NCBI GenBank assembly: GCA_965230295.1
Contig: OZ246001.1
Span: 1,056,001 to 1,120,000 of the forward strand
Origin: Marinicella sp.
Lineage (GTDB): Bacteria > Pseudomonadota > Gammaproteobacteria > Xanthomonadales > Marinicellaceae
Length of the DNA stretch: 64,000 nucleotides
Direction of reading: 5' to 3'
The notes below the pieces were generated by a model. That model did no database searches. It was not told the origin of the DNA and saw nothing but the letters and a program-made list of their open reading frames with translations. The position numbers and the translations under genes are program-made. Shown here in pieces: positions 46,283 to 55,997 of the stretch (position 1 is its first letter; each line of letters begins with the position of its first letter).

Positions 46283-49261
46283 ATGCATATGACTTTTAAG
46301 ACTTTGATGTTGGCTGTTGTGTTGCTGTCTATGACCACAGTTCACAGTGAATCGCTCAACATCCAAACCAAGCATCAGCACAGTAAAAAAGCATTCAATC
46401 ACACACAATTCCCGATGTCTCCATTGACTGACCGACTTGAAATCGCCGCTCAATTACTGAAACATGAAACCGGAACATTGCAACCGTTAACCAGCTGGAA
46501 ACTGTATTCACAGGTAAAAACTCCTGGCGGAATTGAAGTTTTTAAGTTTCAGCACTTGCTCAATGGTTATCCGGTTATGGGGGATTGGGCGATGGTGGTG
46601 TTGAATGCTACAGGTCAACCACTGATCACAGAAACCTCAATGGTCATGGTAGATAAAGAACCTGTTTCATTGCCGTTAGACAATGATCGCTGGTTCCAAG
46701 CCACCCATACCAAAGCCGGGCAACAACAGCACACGGCAACCAAGAACCGTATTTGGTATAAAGACAACAATCAATTGATTCCGGCATTGATCAGCCAAAC
46801 CATCATAAGCCAGGATCAACAGCCCCTGTTGTATGCCTTTATTCATGCTGCCGAGGACGGACAGCTACTACAGAAAACATCGTTAACTCACGCTGTTGCT
46901 TACAACTACAAAGTCTATGCAGATAACAATGGTTTACCAGCTGACAGCGTATATGGGTCTACCCAACCACACCCCACAGGCATCCCTGACGATACACAAC
47001 CCAGCGTATTTGCCGATCAAGTCATCGTCAATGTAGAGGAAATTTCCGTTACTGTGGATGATCCCTGGTTACCAGCTGGCGCCACAGAAACAGTGGGTAA
47101 TAATGTCGACATATTTTTTAATTCATTGTTGTTACCTGATGGCACTTACGACAACAATTTCTCTGATGGTTTGGCTTACGGGCCGGGCTTTCAGCCAATT
47201 GATGGTGATTTCCGGGCACAATTGGGTGCTGGTTCAACCTTCGATTATACTTATAACCCGGCCATCTCCGCCGACGATTTTTATCAGCTATTCAGCGACC
47301 CAGTACCATCAAACCCTTCACCCGATGACCCACAAATCAATGCCAAACTGGTACAAGGTTTCTACATGGCAAACGTCATGCGTGATATATTCTATGACGC
47401 TGGTTTTACAGAAGTTGCTGGCAACGCACAAGAGGATAACTATGGCCGCGGCGGCATAGAAAACGACCGCATGATCATCCATGGGAATTGTTTATCTACC
47501 TTTGTATTCACCCCAGAGGACGGGGTTCAACCGGTGATGTGCTTAGGTCGAAACAGTTCCAGTTCAACCAACAAAGATGCCAGCTTTGATTATTCAATAT
47601 TTGCCCATGAATGGTCACACTATATGTACAAAAGGTTGGTACAAGGCCCAAGCTTGCCATCGGGCAATCAGGGCAGCAGCTTGAACGAGGGCTGGGCTGA
47701 CTTAGTGGGCATATTCATGACATTAGATGCTGCTGACTTCAACGCCCCCACCGCTGCAGGTTTTGACAGTGTTTATACGGTTGGAGGGTATTTTAATACC
47801 GATTACAGCCTCAACTACATTGCATATTTTGACCCCAATGGCACCCCGCCAGATGCGCATTTTTATGGTATCAGAAGGTGGCCTTTTGGCGCATCTAATC
47901 CCCTGACATTTCGCCACATCGAGCACTTGCAAGAACTGCCAAACACCCACCCTTATTTTGACTGGAAGGGCCGCTCAAAATTCAATTCTGAATACCATTC
48001 TGCCGGTGAGATATGGGCCGCCAGCACCTGGGATTGCTTCAGAAATATCCTGGCAGATCGCACTGATCGCACTTTCGCTGAGAACAAGAGTCAACTTGCC
48101 GCCTACATCGTCGGCGGTATGGCTGCCACACCTCCTGATCCAACTTATACCGAAGCCAGAAATGGTTTATTACTGGCCATCAACCAATCAGACCCGACAG
48201 ATTGGCAGACCTGTCGCCAGGCTTTTGCAGATCGGGGTATGGGATCTGGTGCCATTTCACCAGACCGTTTTTCAAAAACACATGCGAATGTGGTTGAGCA
48301 CTTTGCCAATGACGACCTTGAAATGACCGTGGTTTCTGCTAACTTGACTGATGATCTGGTTTCATTTGACAATGATGGAATTCTTGACGAATTCGAAACC
48401 GGAAATCTCAATCTGACCCTAAAAAATACCGGCTTCAAAACCATCGAATTCAGTTCAATCGAATTAATCAGCAGTGCCGATTACAGCTTCCCTGCTGCTG
48501 CCAATGAGTTTTTTGATGTGCCTCCCGGTGGAGAAATCGAAGTACTGTTACCCATCAAATTACTGCATAACAGGCAATTCGATGATACTGAGTTTACCCT
48601 GGTGACCGCCTTGTCAACTGACAATGGCAACACTTCTGGCGGCGGTGATACTGTTTTGAGTTTCAAAACACATTTCAACCAGGCTTCATCTGATGCTGCG
48701 ACAGAAACATTGGACTACGAAGCAGCCATGAATTTATGGGCTGAAGAAACCCTGTATCAATATCCTTTCATCAATCCACATTATGAACGTCGAGAGCTGG
48801 CCGGAAATACAAACGTGGTGTTACAGATTGGCGAAGTTTTCGGTGGCTTTGAAAAAACCCTGACCAGCCCCTGGCTGACTTTGGATCCGTTGAATCCAGA
48901 AGTCAATTTAAGCATTAACCACACTTACCTATTAGGCGATACCGGGCAACAGCTTAATGTTGAATACAGTTTCGATGATGAAAACTGGCTTACCATGAGC
49001 ACCCAAAACAACAACCCTGCCATTTTTCTTGGCGACGACCTGAATTACCCAACACTGGGTTTTGAACCCCTGTCTATTCCGGACCTTGACGGCAACACCC
49101 AGTTTAAAATCCGTTTTTATATCAATGCATTCACTGACTATACACCAACTGAAGCCGTTTGGATGATAGATAACATCAGTTTGGATGGTGTCACGGAGCA
49201 GCCTTTCTTAACTGTCACCAGCCAGAGCTCAAATGACTTGATCTTTGTTGATGGTTTTTAA
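46283..49261 (+). CDS. Secreted M36 (fungalysin-like) metallopeptidase ending in DLIFVDGF
   Basis: Signal peptide and propeptide; GFTEVAGNAQ, HEWSH…EGWAD, YGIRR, H..GEIWA, EARN and FADRGMG motifs; C-terminal beta domains. Confidence 0.85.
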   Translation: MHMTFKTLMLAVVLLSMTTVHSESLNIQTKHQHSKKAFNHTQFPMSPLTDRLEIAAQLLKHETGTLQPLTSWKLYSQVKTPGGIEVFKFQHLLNGYPVMGDWAMVVLNATGQPLITETSMVMVDKEPVSLPLDNDRWFQATHTKAGQQQHTATKNRIWYKDNNQLIPALISQTIISQDQQPLLYAFIHAAEDGQLLQKTSLTHAVAYNYKVYADNNGLPADSVYGSTQPHPTGIPDDTQPSVFADQVIVNVEEISVTVDDPWLPAGATETVGNNVDIFFNSLLLPDGTYDNNFSDGLAYGPGFQPIDGDFRAQLGAGSTFDYTYNPAISADDFYQLFSDPVPSNPSPDDPQINAKLVQGFYMANVMRDIFYDAGFTEVAGNAQEDNYGRGGIENDRMIIHGNCLSTFVFTPEDGVQPVMCLGRNSSSSTNKDASFDYSIFAHEWSHYMYKRLVQGPSLPSGNQGSSLNEGWADLVGIFMTLDAADFNAPTAAGFDSVYTVGGYFNTDYSLNYIAYFDPNGTPPDAHFYGIRRWPFGASNPLTFRHIEHLQELPNTHPYFDWKGRSKFNSEYHSAGEIWAASTWDCFRNILADRTDRTFAENKSQLAAYIVGGMAATPPDPTYTEARNGLLLAINQSDPTDWQTCRQAFADRGMGSGAISPDRFSKTHANVVEHFANDDLEMTVVSANLTDDLVSFDNDGILDEFETGNLNLTLKNTGFKTIEFSSIELISSADYSFPAAANEFFDVPPGGEIEVLLPIKLLHNRQFDDTEFTLVTALSTDNGNTSGGGDTVLSFKTHFNQASSDAATETLDYEAAMNLWAEETLYQYPFINPHYERRELAGNTNVVLQIGEVFGGFEKTLTSPWLTLDPLNPEVNLSINHTYLLGDTGQQLNVEYSFDDENWLTMSTQNNNPAIFLGDDLNYPTLGFEPLSIPDLDGNTQFKIRFYINAFTDYTPTEAVWMIDNISLDGVTEQPFLTVTSQSSNDLIFVDGF

Positions 49262-49353
49262 TTGGTAAACATCAAGGTTGCTAATTTCAGTCGGTTTTTA
49301 CATGACCACTGCTGTTGGTTATAATTATAAGATTGACCATCCCGTAAATAACC

Positions 49354-50133
49354 ATGAAAATCATTAAATACGCCATTGCCTGGTTGGCATCAATACTGAT
49401 ATTTACCCAAGTGAATGCCACTTTTTCTATCGTTACCGTTGACCCGGTTACGGGTCAGATAGGCAGTGCAGGTGCGACCTGTATTGGTGCTGAGGATGGT
49501 GCCATTGTGATCAGCGACATTGTACTTGAAACCGGTGTGATACATACCCAATCGTTCTACCTCCCGAACAATCAGAACAATGCCAGAAATCGCATGATTG
49601 CCGGCGACAGTCCACAACAAATCATGGATTGGTTGTTCAACAATGATGCCAACAACGACCCCAGTGCACGACAATACATCGCAGTGGATTTAAATGATGG
49701 CAGCCCAAGAAGTGCCGGCTTCACCGGTCCTGCCTGTTTCACGGAGTTTATCCATGTTACTGGGCCCAATTATGCCATCGCGGGCAACATCCTGATTTCC
49801 GAAGATGTGGTCACTGATATGGAAACCGCATTTTTGACAGCACAGGGATCCTTGGCCGAACGATTGATGGCCTCCTTACAAGCTGCTAAACGGGTCGGCG
49901 CAGACGAGCGCTGTGAACCTTTTGGCATCAGTTCCGCATCGGCATTTATACGAGTTGCCAGACCCTGTGATAAAGACAGCTCATTGGGCAATTTACCACT
50001 GGATCTGAATGTTTGGGTTGAGGACAGCAACCAAATATTCGAGCCCATTGATGAACTACAAAATCAGTTTGACAGCAGTTTGCCACTTGAAATTTGTGAG
50101 TTCGATTTGATTTTTTACGATGGTTTTGAATGA
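49354..50133 (+). CDS. Secreted DUF1028 (Ntn-hydrolase-like) protein ending in DLIFYDGFE
   Basis: Signal peptide then TFSIV..DP.TGQIG; TQS, RQY, GNIL and GAD.R…SA motifs. Confidence 0.85.
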   Translation: MKIIKYAIAWLASILIFTQVNATFSIVTVDPVTGQIGSAGATCIGAEDGAIVISDIVLETGVIHTQSFYLPNNQNNARNRMIAGDSPQQIMDWLFNNDANNDPSARQYIAVDLNDGSPRSAGFTGPACFTEFIHVTGPNYAIAGNILISEDVVTDMETAFLTAQGSLAERLMASLQAAKRVGADERCEPFGISSASAFIRVARPCDKDSSLGNLPLDLNVWVEDSNQIFEPIDELQNQFDSSLPLEICEFDLIFYDGFE

Positions 50134-50159
50134 GTCAGACTTATTGATTTTTGATGGTG

Positions 50160-50534
50160 CTATTGTGATTGCCGAATAATGACCGAGGCTGCCAAAGCCA
50201 ATGTAACCATTACCAAGCCAATCAGCACAGGTAAACGACTCATCTTTCGCTTCGGTATCGTCACCCTCAAATCGCTTTCTGCAATGACATAAATCGACAC
50301 GAATGTATCCCACATGGTTGCTTTGACTGAATTGAACTTTTCCAACCGGGTTATTTGCACGGATTTTTTACCCAAACTTTTCTTGGTTTGAACCTCTAGC
50401 TTCCCAAGCTGTGTTGAACGCTTTGCTGGCTCAACCATGAATTCATAAGTCATGGGCACGCTGCTGAAACTGCGGCTGAACAATTCGAGTTTTTCACCGG
50501 CCTTGATTTCAATCATTTCTTTGGCTTGACTCAT
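50160..50534 (-). CDS. Hypothetical protein with a C-terminal TM anchor
   Basis: ORF fills the intergenic space and has a hydrophobic C-terminus. No family recognised. Confidence 0.6.
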   Translation of the reverse strand: MSQAKEMIEIKAGEKLELFSRSFSSVPMTYEFMVEPAKRSTQLGKLEVQTKKSLGKKSVQITRLEKFNSVKATMWDTFVSIYVIAESDLRVTIPKRKMSRLPVLIGLVMVTLALAASVIIRQSQ

Positions 50535-50615
50535 TTTTGACTCAGGTATGAATTAAGACCATGATGCCAGCACCACTGCTTTAAATCCTGAAAAACAGAT
50601 GAAATTTACAAAAAA

Positions 50616-51047
50616 TCAATCCACGTCTTGCACAATGACCACTTCCTCATGGAAAGTGATGTTGTGTTGGGCGCACAATGTTTTTAATTGATCAACTGGC
50701 ACATCTTTGAGCTTAACAGGTTCTCCAGTCTTCAAAAACAGTACCGGAAAAGTACCACCATCCTCGTTCCAGACTTCGACTTTTTCTATGTCATGCCAAG
50801 GGTAATTAACCACACTGCGGTTAACTTGAGAATAAGCCGCAAAGCCAAAGGGGGTGATGAACGTCTTGGGGTTTTTGTTGGGGAAAAAGCGCAGTTTGAT
50901 CATGTTGAAAATCAGGATGATGGGAATCAAAATGATCATCAAAAGCAAAATGGGGATCATCACCAACAGGATCAAAATAAACACCACCCAACTGAGCGGG
51001 CTGCGCCCATTGGGCATGTTACTGAGTATGACTTGTGCCAATTTCAT
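50616..51047 (-). CDS. Hypothetical membrane protein
   Basis: Long N-terminal hydrophobic stretch then a small PH-like soluble part; AAGGA RBS; follows the ALDH gene. Confidence 0.6.
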   Translation of the reverse strand: MKLAQVILSNMPNGRSPLSWVVFILILLVMIPILLLMIILIPIILIFNMIKLRFFPNKNPKTFITPFGFAAYSQVNRSVVNYPWHDIEKVEVWNEDGGTFPVLFLKTGEPVKLKDVPVDQLKTLCAQHNITFHEEVVIVQDVD

Positions 51048-51064
51048 GGTATTTCCTTAACTCT

Positions 51065-52504
51065 TTAACCAGCACCCAGCAGGGCTTTGGTTTCTAAAAA
51101 TTCTTCGAAGCCTTGTGGACCCCGTTCACGACCATTGCCAGACTGTTTGTAACCTCCAAATGGGGCCGTGCGGTCCATTTGTGCCCCATTGATGTGGATC
51201 ATGCCAGCTCGCAGTTGATTGGCAACATGGTTAACCCGGTCATTATCAGCTCCTGAAACATAACCGGATAAACCATAGTCATTGTCATTGGCCATCGCTA
51301 TGGCCTGTCGTTCTGTTTCATAGGGCATGAGACACAACACCGGACCGAAAATTTCATGGCGGGCGATTTGCATGTCATTATTGACACGGGTGAAAGCCGT
51401 CGGTTGAACATAATAGCCAGTTTCCAAGCCTTCAGGTTTGCCAACGCCCCCGACCAATATTTCAGCACCTTCATCAATGCCTTGTTGTATCAAAGTTTGG
51501 ATCCGATCCCATTGTAATTGTGACACCACGGGTCCGGCAAAAGTGGATTCCTCATGGGGATCTCCCACTTTGATTTTTTGCATGGTGTTTTTAACGATTG
51601 CTTCGGCTTCAGCCAAGCGTGATGCAGGCACCATCATGCGCGATGGTGCGTTACAGTTCTGACCCGAATTAACACACATGGTTTTAACACCTCCCGCCAC
51701 AGCCTTACCAAAGGCTTCGCTCGACAAATCATCCAGGATGATGTTGGCAGATTTCCCGCCCAACTCTTGGGTCACGCGTTTGATTGATGGTGCGGCATCT
51801 TGTGCCACTGCAATACCGGCCCTGGTTGAACCGGTGAATGAAACCATTTGAATACCCGGGTGTGATGAAATGGCCGATCCAACCACAGGACCATCGCCAT
51901 TGATCATGTTGATCACGCCGCTGGGGACACCGGCAGCGTGTAACACTTCCATCAGTAGATACCCAGAAAATGGTGCCACTTCTGAGGGCTTCCAAACCAC
52001 GGTACATCCGGTCGCCAGTGCCGGGGCCAATTTACAGCCAATCTGGTTCACGGGCCAATTCCAAGGCGTGATGAAGCCACAAACACCGATAGGCTCTTTG
52101 CGGATCAAGGACGACTCTTGTTTGAATTCAAACTCAAAATTATTCAGAACATCTATGGCTGATTTGAAATGCAGGTAGCCAGAAGCCGCTTGATTGGAGC
52201 CACTGAGCCACTGCGGCGCGCCCATTTCTTCGGTGATGGCAGCAGCGATGTCAGCCGATCTTTTTTTGTATTCTGCAGCCACTGATTGCAACAAGTCCAA
52301 ACGCTGTTCCTTGGAAGTTTGGGAAAAGCCTGTAAAAGCGGCTTGGGCTGCTTTAACAGCCGCATCCACATCGGCTGCCGTACCCATTGATATGTGACCA
52401 GCGACTTGTTCTGTGGCCGGGTTGATCACTGCCAATTGCTCGCGGTTTTCTGGCGTCACCCATTGGCCATTGATATAAAATTTTTGATAGTTTCTCATGC
52501 GCAT
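51065..52504 (-). CDS. NAD(P)-dependent aldehyde dehydrogenase
   Basis: ITPWNWP, KPSE, FTGS, ELGGKS, NSGQNC and EIFGPV motifs. Confidence 0.95.
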   Translation of the reverse strand: MRMRNYQKFYINGQWVTPENREQLAVINPATEQVAGHISMGTAADVDAAVKAAQAAFTGFSQTSKEQRLDLLQSVAAEYKKRSADIAAAITEEMGAPQWLSGSNQAASGYLHFKSAIDVLNNFEFEFKQESSLIRKEPIGVCGFITPWNWPVNQIGCKLAPALATGCTVVWKPSEVAPFSGYLLMEVLHAAGVPSGVINMINGDGPVVGSAISSHPGIQMVSFTGSTRAGIAVAQDAAPSIKRVTQELGGKSANIILDDLSSEAFGKAVAGGVKTMCVNSGQNCNAPSRMMVPASRLAEAEAIVKNTMQKIKVGDPHEESTFAGPVVSQLQWDRIQTLIQQGIDEGAEILVGGVGKPEGLETGYYVQPTAFTRVNNDMQIARHEIFGPVLCLMPYETERQAIAMANDNDYGLSGYVSGADNDRVNHVANQLRAGMIHINGAQMDRTAPFGGYKQSGNGRERGPQGFEEFLETKALLGAG

Positions 52505-52516
52505 CTCTACTGGTTG

Positions 52517-54724
52517 TTAGGGCTTCAGGTGTTTGATGAAATAATCAGCGATGGTGCTGTAAACATGGAACTGCGGTTTGCTGCCACTGATGCCATGCTT
52601 GCCACCTGGGTAAATCATGGTGTCAAACAAAATGCCTTCATCTTGCAGGACTTTGATCATCTTGGTTGAGTTCAAAAACAACACGTTGTCATCGGCCATA
52701 CCATGAATCAACAACAATGGTTTGTTGATGTTTTTGGCGTTATCAAAAGTGGCTGTGGTTCGATAGCCATCCGGGTTCAATTGCGGTGTCGACATGTAAC
52801 GTTCTGTGTAGTGGGTGTCATACAGAGCAAAGTCTGTCACCGGTGCCACCGATACGCCCAAAGCGTAATCATCCGGCGCGTTGGTCAACGCCTTCAAGGT
52901 CATAAAACCACCATAACTCCAACCAAAGATACCCACTTTATCGGCATCCACAAAAGGTAAAGATTTCACATGGTTGGTACCCACCAACTGGTCTGCCAAC
53001 TCGGGCGTACCCATTTTTTTGTACAAAGCCGATTCAAATTTCATACCGCGGCGATCACTGCCCCGGTTATCGATCACAAACACCACAAAGCCTTGTTGGG
53101 CCATGTACTGCTCAATCCATCGGCCCCATGATTTGGTTACATACTGTACATGAGGTCCACCATAGACATATTGAAAGACCGGGTATTTTTGTTTCGGATC
53201 AAAGTCCCTGGGTTTGATCATGCGGTAATGCAAAGTGTGCCCGTCTTCAGCTGTTAAGGTACCAAACTCGTTGTCCAGATGATTCTTTGCATAGGGGTAA
53301 TAGGGGTGGTCTCTGTCCACTTTGTTTTCATTCAACCACACCACCCGTTCTCCGGTGGCTTTGTGCAATGAAGTTTGTGGCGGGTGATTGCGATCTGACC
53401 ATTGGTCAATGTAGTGACTGGCAGACCCATCCATGGTGATGGCATGAAAGCCTTCACGTTTTGAAATTTTTTCAGGCGAACCGCCTTGCTGATAATTCAA
53501 ACGGTACAGGTGTTTTTCCAAGGGTGAGGTCAAGCTGCCCGTGAAATAAACCCATTGATTGTCTTCATCAATACCGACCACGTCATCAACCACCCAATCG
53601 CCATCGGTGAGTTGTCGACTTAATTGGCCTTCTGCACCATACAAGTACAGGTGCTTGAATCCACTGCGTTCCGAGGCCCAAATAAACCCACCTTCCTTAA
53701 GGAATTTAAGGTCATGATGCAGATTAATCCAAGTATCACTGGTTTCTTTCACGACCGTTTTGCTGCTGCCTTTGAGGTCAGCAAATTTCAAGGCCAAAGT
53801 CTGTTGGTTCCTGCTTTGGATCTGATAACTGACTTGTTTTGAATCGGGTAACCACCCCACCCTGGCGATATAAATGTCTGGATTCTTGCCCAAGTCCACC
53901 CACTGTGTTTTGCCGGAGGCAACTTCGACCAAACCCAATTTGATGGTGACATTGGCCTCACCGGTGTACGGATACCGCTGTTCAATCACTTCAATGTCAT
54001 CGGCATTGATTTCATAACGCTTGGTCACTGCCACCGGCGCTTCATCAACCTGCAGATAGGCGATGTACTTTTCATCAGGCGACCACCAATAACCCGTATC
54101 TCGATCCATTTCTTCCTGGGCCACAAATTCAGCCATGCCATTTTTAATCAACCCTTCACCGTCGGTGGTTAACTGTTGCTCTTCGCCGGTTCTGGTGTTG
54201 ACCACAAACACATCTTGATCACGGATGAATGACACATGATTGGCTTTGGGTGAAAATTTGGCATCGGTTTCAAAAGACTCGGATGCCGTTAATTGTTTGG
54301 TGTTCTTGTTGGATAACTGATACACATACAAATCACCATTCAAAGGGAACAACAAGGAGTCGCCGTCCTCAGACCAGGCATAATCAATGATGCCTTTGAC
54401 ATCAGCCAGGCGTTGGCGTTCGCGGCGGGCCTTTTCTTCCGCTGACAAGACTTCTTCGCCTTCCAACAAATCATTGGAGTCGACCAACAAACGTTTTTGT
54501 TCATCAGCAATGTGGTATTCCCACAAATCATACTGGTCTTTGTTTTCTGCCTTACCTTGCAAAAAAGTCACCCTCGAGCCATCTGGAGACATCTTCAATG
54601 CCCTTAAGCTGGGGCCGGATAAATCAGGGCTGGCAAAAATACGCTCTAAAGTCAGCGTCCCGGCATTGCTATGTTCTGTTTGGATGGTCATAATTAATGT
54701 AAGTAGTAGACAAGTGAATTTCAT
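52517..54724 (-). CDS. S9B dipeptidyl peptidase IV family protein
   Basis: Beta-propeller with AQEEM; GWSYGG, DDNV and HG catalytic triad. The signal peptide starts at MKFTCLL (54724). Confidence 0.93.
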   Translation of the reverse strand: MKFTCLLLTLIMTIQTEHSNAGTLTLERIFASPDLSGPSLRALKMSPDGSRVTFLQGKAENKDQYDLWEYHIADEQKRLLVDSNDLLEGEEVLSAEEKARRERQRLADVKGIIDYAWSEDGDSLLFPLNGDLYVYQLSNKNTKQLTASESFETDAKFSPKANHVSFIRDQDVFVVNTRTGEEQQLTTDGEGLIKNGMAEFVAQEEMDRDTGYWWSPDEKYIAYLQVDEAPVAVTKRYEINADDIEVIEQRYPYTGEANVTIKLGLVEVASGKTQWVDLGKNPDIYIARVGWLPDSKQVSYQIQSRNQQTLALKFADLKGSSKTVVKETSDTWINLHHDLKFLKEGGFIWASERSGFKHLYLYGAEGQLSRQLTDGDWVVDDVVGIDEDNQWVYFTGSLTSPLEKHLYRLNYQQGGSPEKISKREGFHAITMDGSASHYIDQWSDRNHPPQTSLHKATGERVVWLNENKVDRDHPYYPYAKNHLDNEFGTLTAEDGHTLHYRMIKPRDFDPKQKYPVFQYVYGGPHVQYVTKSWGRWIEQYMAQQGFVVFVIDNRGSDRRGMKFESALYKKMGTPELADQLVGTNHVKSLPFVDADKVGIFGWSYGGFMTLKALTNAPDDYALGVSVAPVTDFALYDTHYTERYMSTPQLNPDGYRTTATFDNAKNINKPLLLIHGMADDNVLFLNSTKMIKVLQDEGILFDTMIYPGGKHGISGSKPQFHVYSTIADYFIKHLKP

Positions 54725-54810
54725 GTTAATTGAGGGTATCAAAGGCCAACAGTTATACCAGAATACAGGGCATAATTCATGTGAAGAAATACCTGAATGA
54801 TCAAAAATAT

Positions 54811-55569
54811 ATGGGACATTTCCACAAAAGCAACAACACGGGTTACCAAGACGCACTGATCAAAGAGGCCGAAGGATTGAACAGCCTCAAACAAGTCTTG
54901 GAATCCAATGACATCAAGATCAAAATTCCAGCCGTTTTTCAGGTCGATGAACAGGTTTTAGAAACTGAACACATCAACCAACTGGCGGGCGCCAAACAAC
55001 AATGGTTTGACCTGGGTGCTTCATTGGCCAGATTTCACACGGTGCAACAAAAGTCATTCGGATGGTCTGCCAACAACTACATTGGCCTCAACCCACAACA
55101 GAATGTGTGGTCAGATGACTGGGGGCGTTTTTTCTGGCAACACCGTTTGGGTTATCAAATACAGTTGATCCGAGATCCGAACATCCAATCCAATTTCGCA
55201 AAAGCATGGCATGACTGCAAAACCAAACTGGTTGCCTTCCTGAACAAGCATTGCAACCACGCCAGTCTGCTGCATGGCGACCTGTGGAATGGCAATGTCT
55301 TGTTCGACAACCAGGATGCATGGCTGATCGATCCAGCGGTGTATTGCGGCGATGCCGAAGCCGATGTGGCCATGACTGAATTGTTCGGCGGCTTCCCTGC
55401 CGCCTTTTACCAAGGCTACCAAAGCACCCAACCACTCAGTGAACACTACCCTCTGAAGAAAGTGATATACAACCTGTATCACCTGTTGAACCACTACAAT
55501 TTGTTTGGTTCAGGGTATTTGGCGGGTTGTGAACGTGGGTTCAGAACCATTGAACAGAGCCTGAAATAA
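54811..55569 (+). CDS. Fructosamine kinase family protein
   Basis: EAEGL, FGW..NNYIG..PQ, LLHGDLWNGN, DPAVY and LYHLLNH motifs. Start is 54811 or 54781. Confidence 0.9.
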   Translation: MGHFHKSNNTGYQDALIKEAEGLNSLKQVLESNDIKIKIPAVFQVDEQVLETEHINQLAGAKQQWFDLGASLARFHTVQQKSFGWSANNYIGLNPQQNVWSDDWGRFFWQHRLGYQIQLIRDPNIQSNFAKAWHDCKTKLVAFLNKHCNHASLLHGDLWNGNVLFDNQDAWLIDPAVYCGDAEADVAMTELFGGFPAAFYQGYQSTQPLSEHYPLKKVIYNLYHLLNHYNLFGSGYLAGCERGFRTIEQSLK

Positions 55570-55972
55570 CAGTCATTCTGAGCGAGTGCAACGAGTCGAA
55601 GAATCTCCTGAGGCTGGCGCACACTTCAATCCCGGAGATAACCAATTGGCTGGGAGATCCCTCGGCTGCGCTCGGGATGACAATGACCAGTCATTCTGAG
55701 CGAGTGTAACGAGCCGAAGAATCTCCTGAAGCTGATAATGACCATCCTAACGTGGACTGAAGCCCACGCTCCATAGAATCGAATTCCCGGCGCAGGCCGG
55801 GATCCAGCGTCTTGGCGTACGATAAACAAATGACAAGTTGGCAATTATACCAGGCACCAATATACACAAGCTTAGCAGGCCAATCCAACGTTGACCGAAG
55901 TCCCCGCTCCGAAAACATTGTGATCCTCGGACTTCCTAAAGGGACCTACTTTTGGCGGCCTGAGGATGACGG
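55570..55972. repeat. Cluster of REP/REPIN-like palindromic repeats from several families
   Basis: CAGTCATTCTGAGCGAGTGyAACGAGyCGAAGAATCTCCTGArGCTG twice (55570, 55688); inverted partner GAGATCCCTCGGCTGCGCTCGGGATGAC (55654); TTCCCGGCGCAGGCCGGGATCCAG (~55784); AACGTkGACyGAAG…CGCTCC twice (55749, 55887). Confidence 0.8.
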
Positions 55973-55997
55973 AAGATGGGGTATTACCTGTTTATAT

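Noticed and set aside
54725-54856. Apparent head-to-head overlap of the DPP-IV and fructosamine kinase ORFs
   Set aside because: An artefact of over-extended starts. The likely starts (54724 and 54811) leave a normal divergent gap.
55570-55735. 47-bp direct repeats as a possible CRISPR array
   Set aside because: Only two copies. The 'spacer' contains an inverted partner of the repeat, and there are no cas genes. It fits REP/REPIN.
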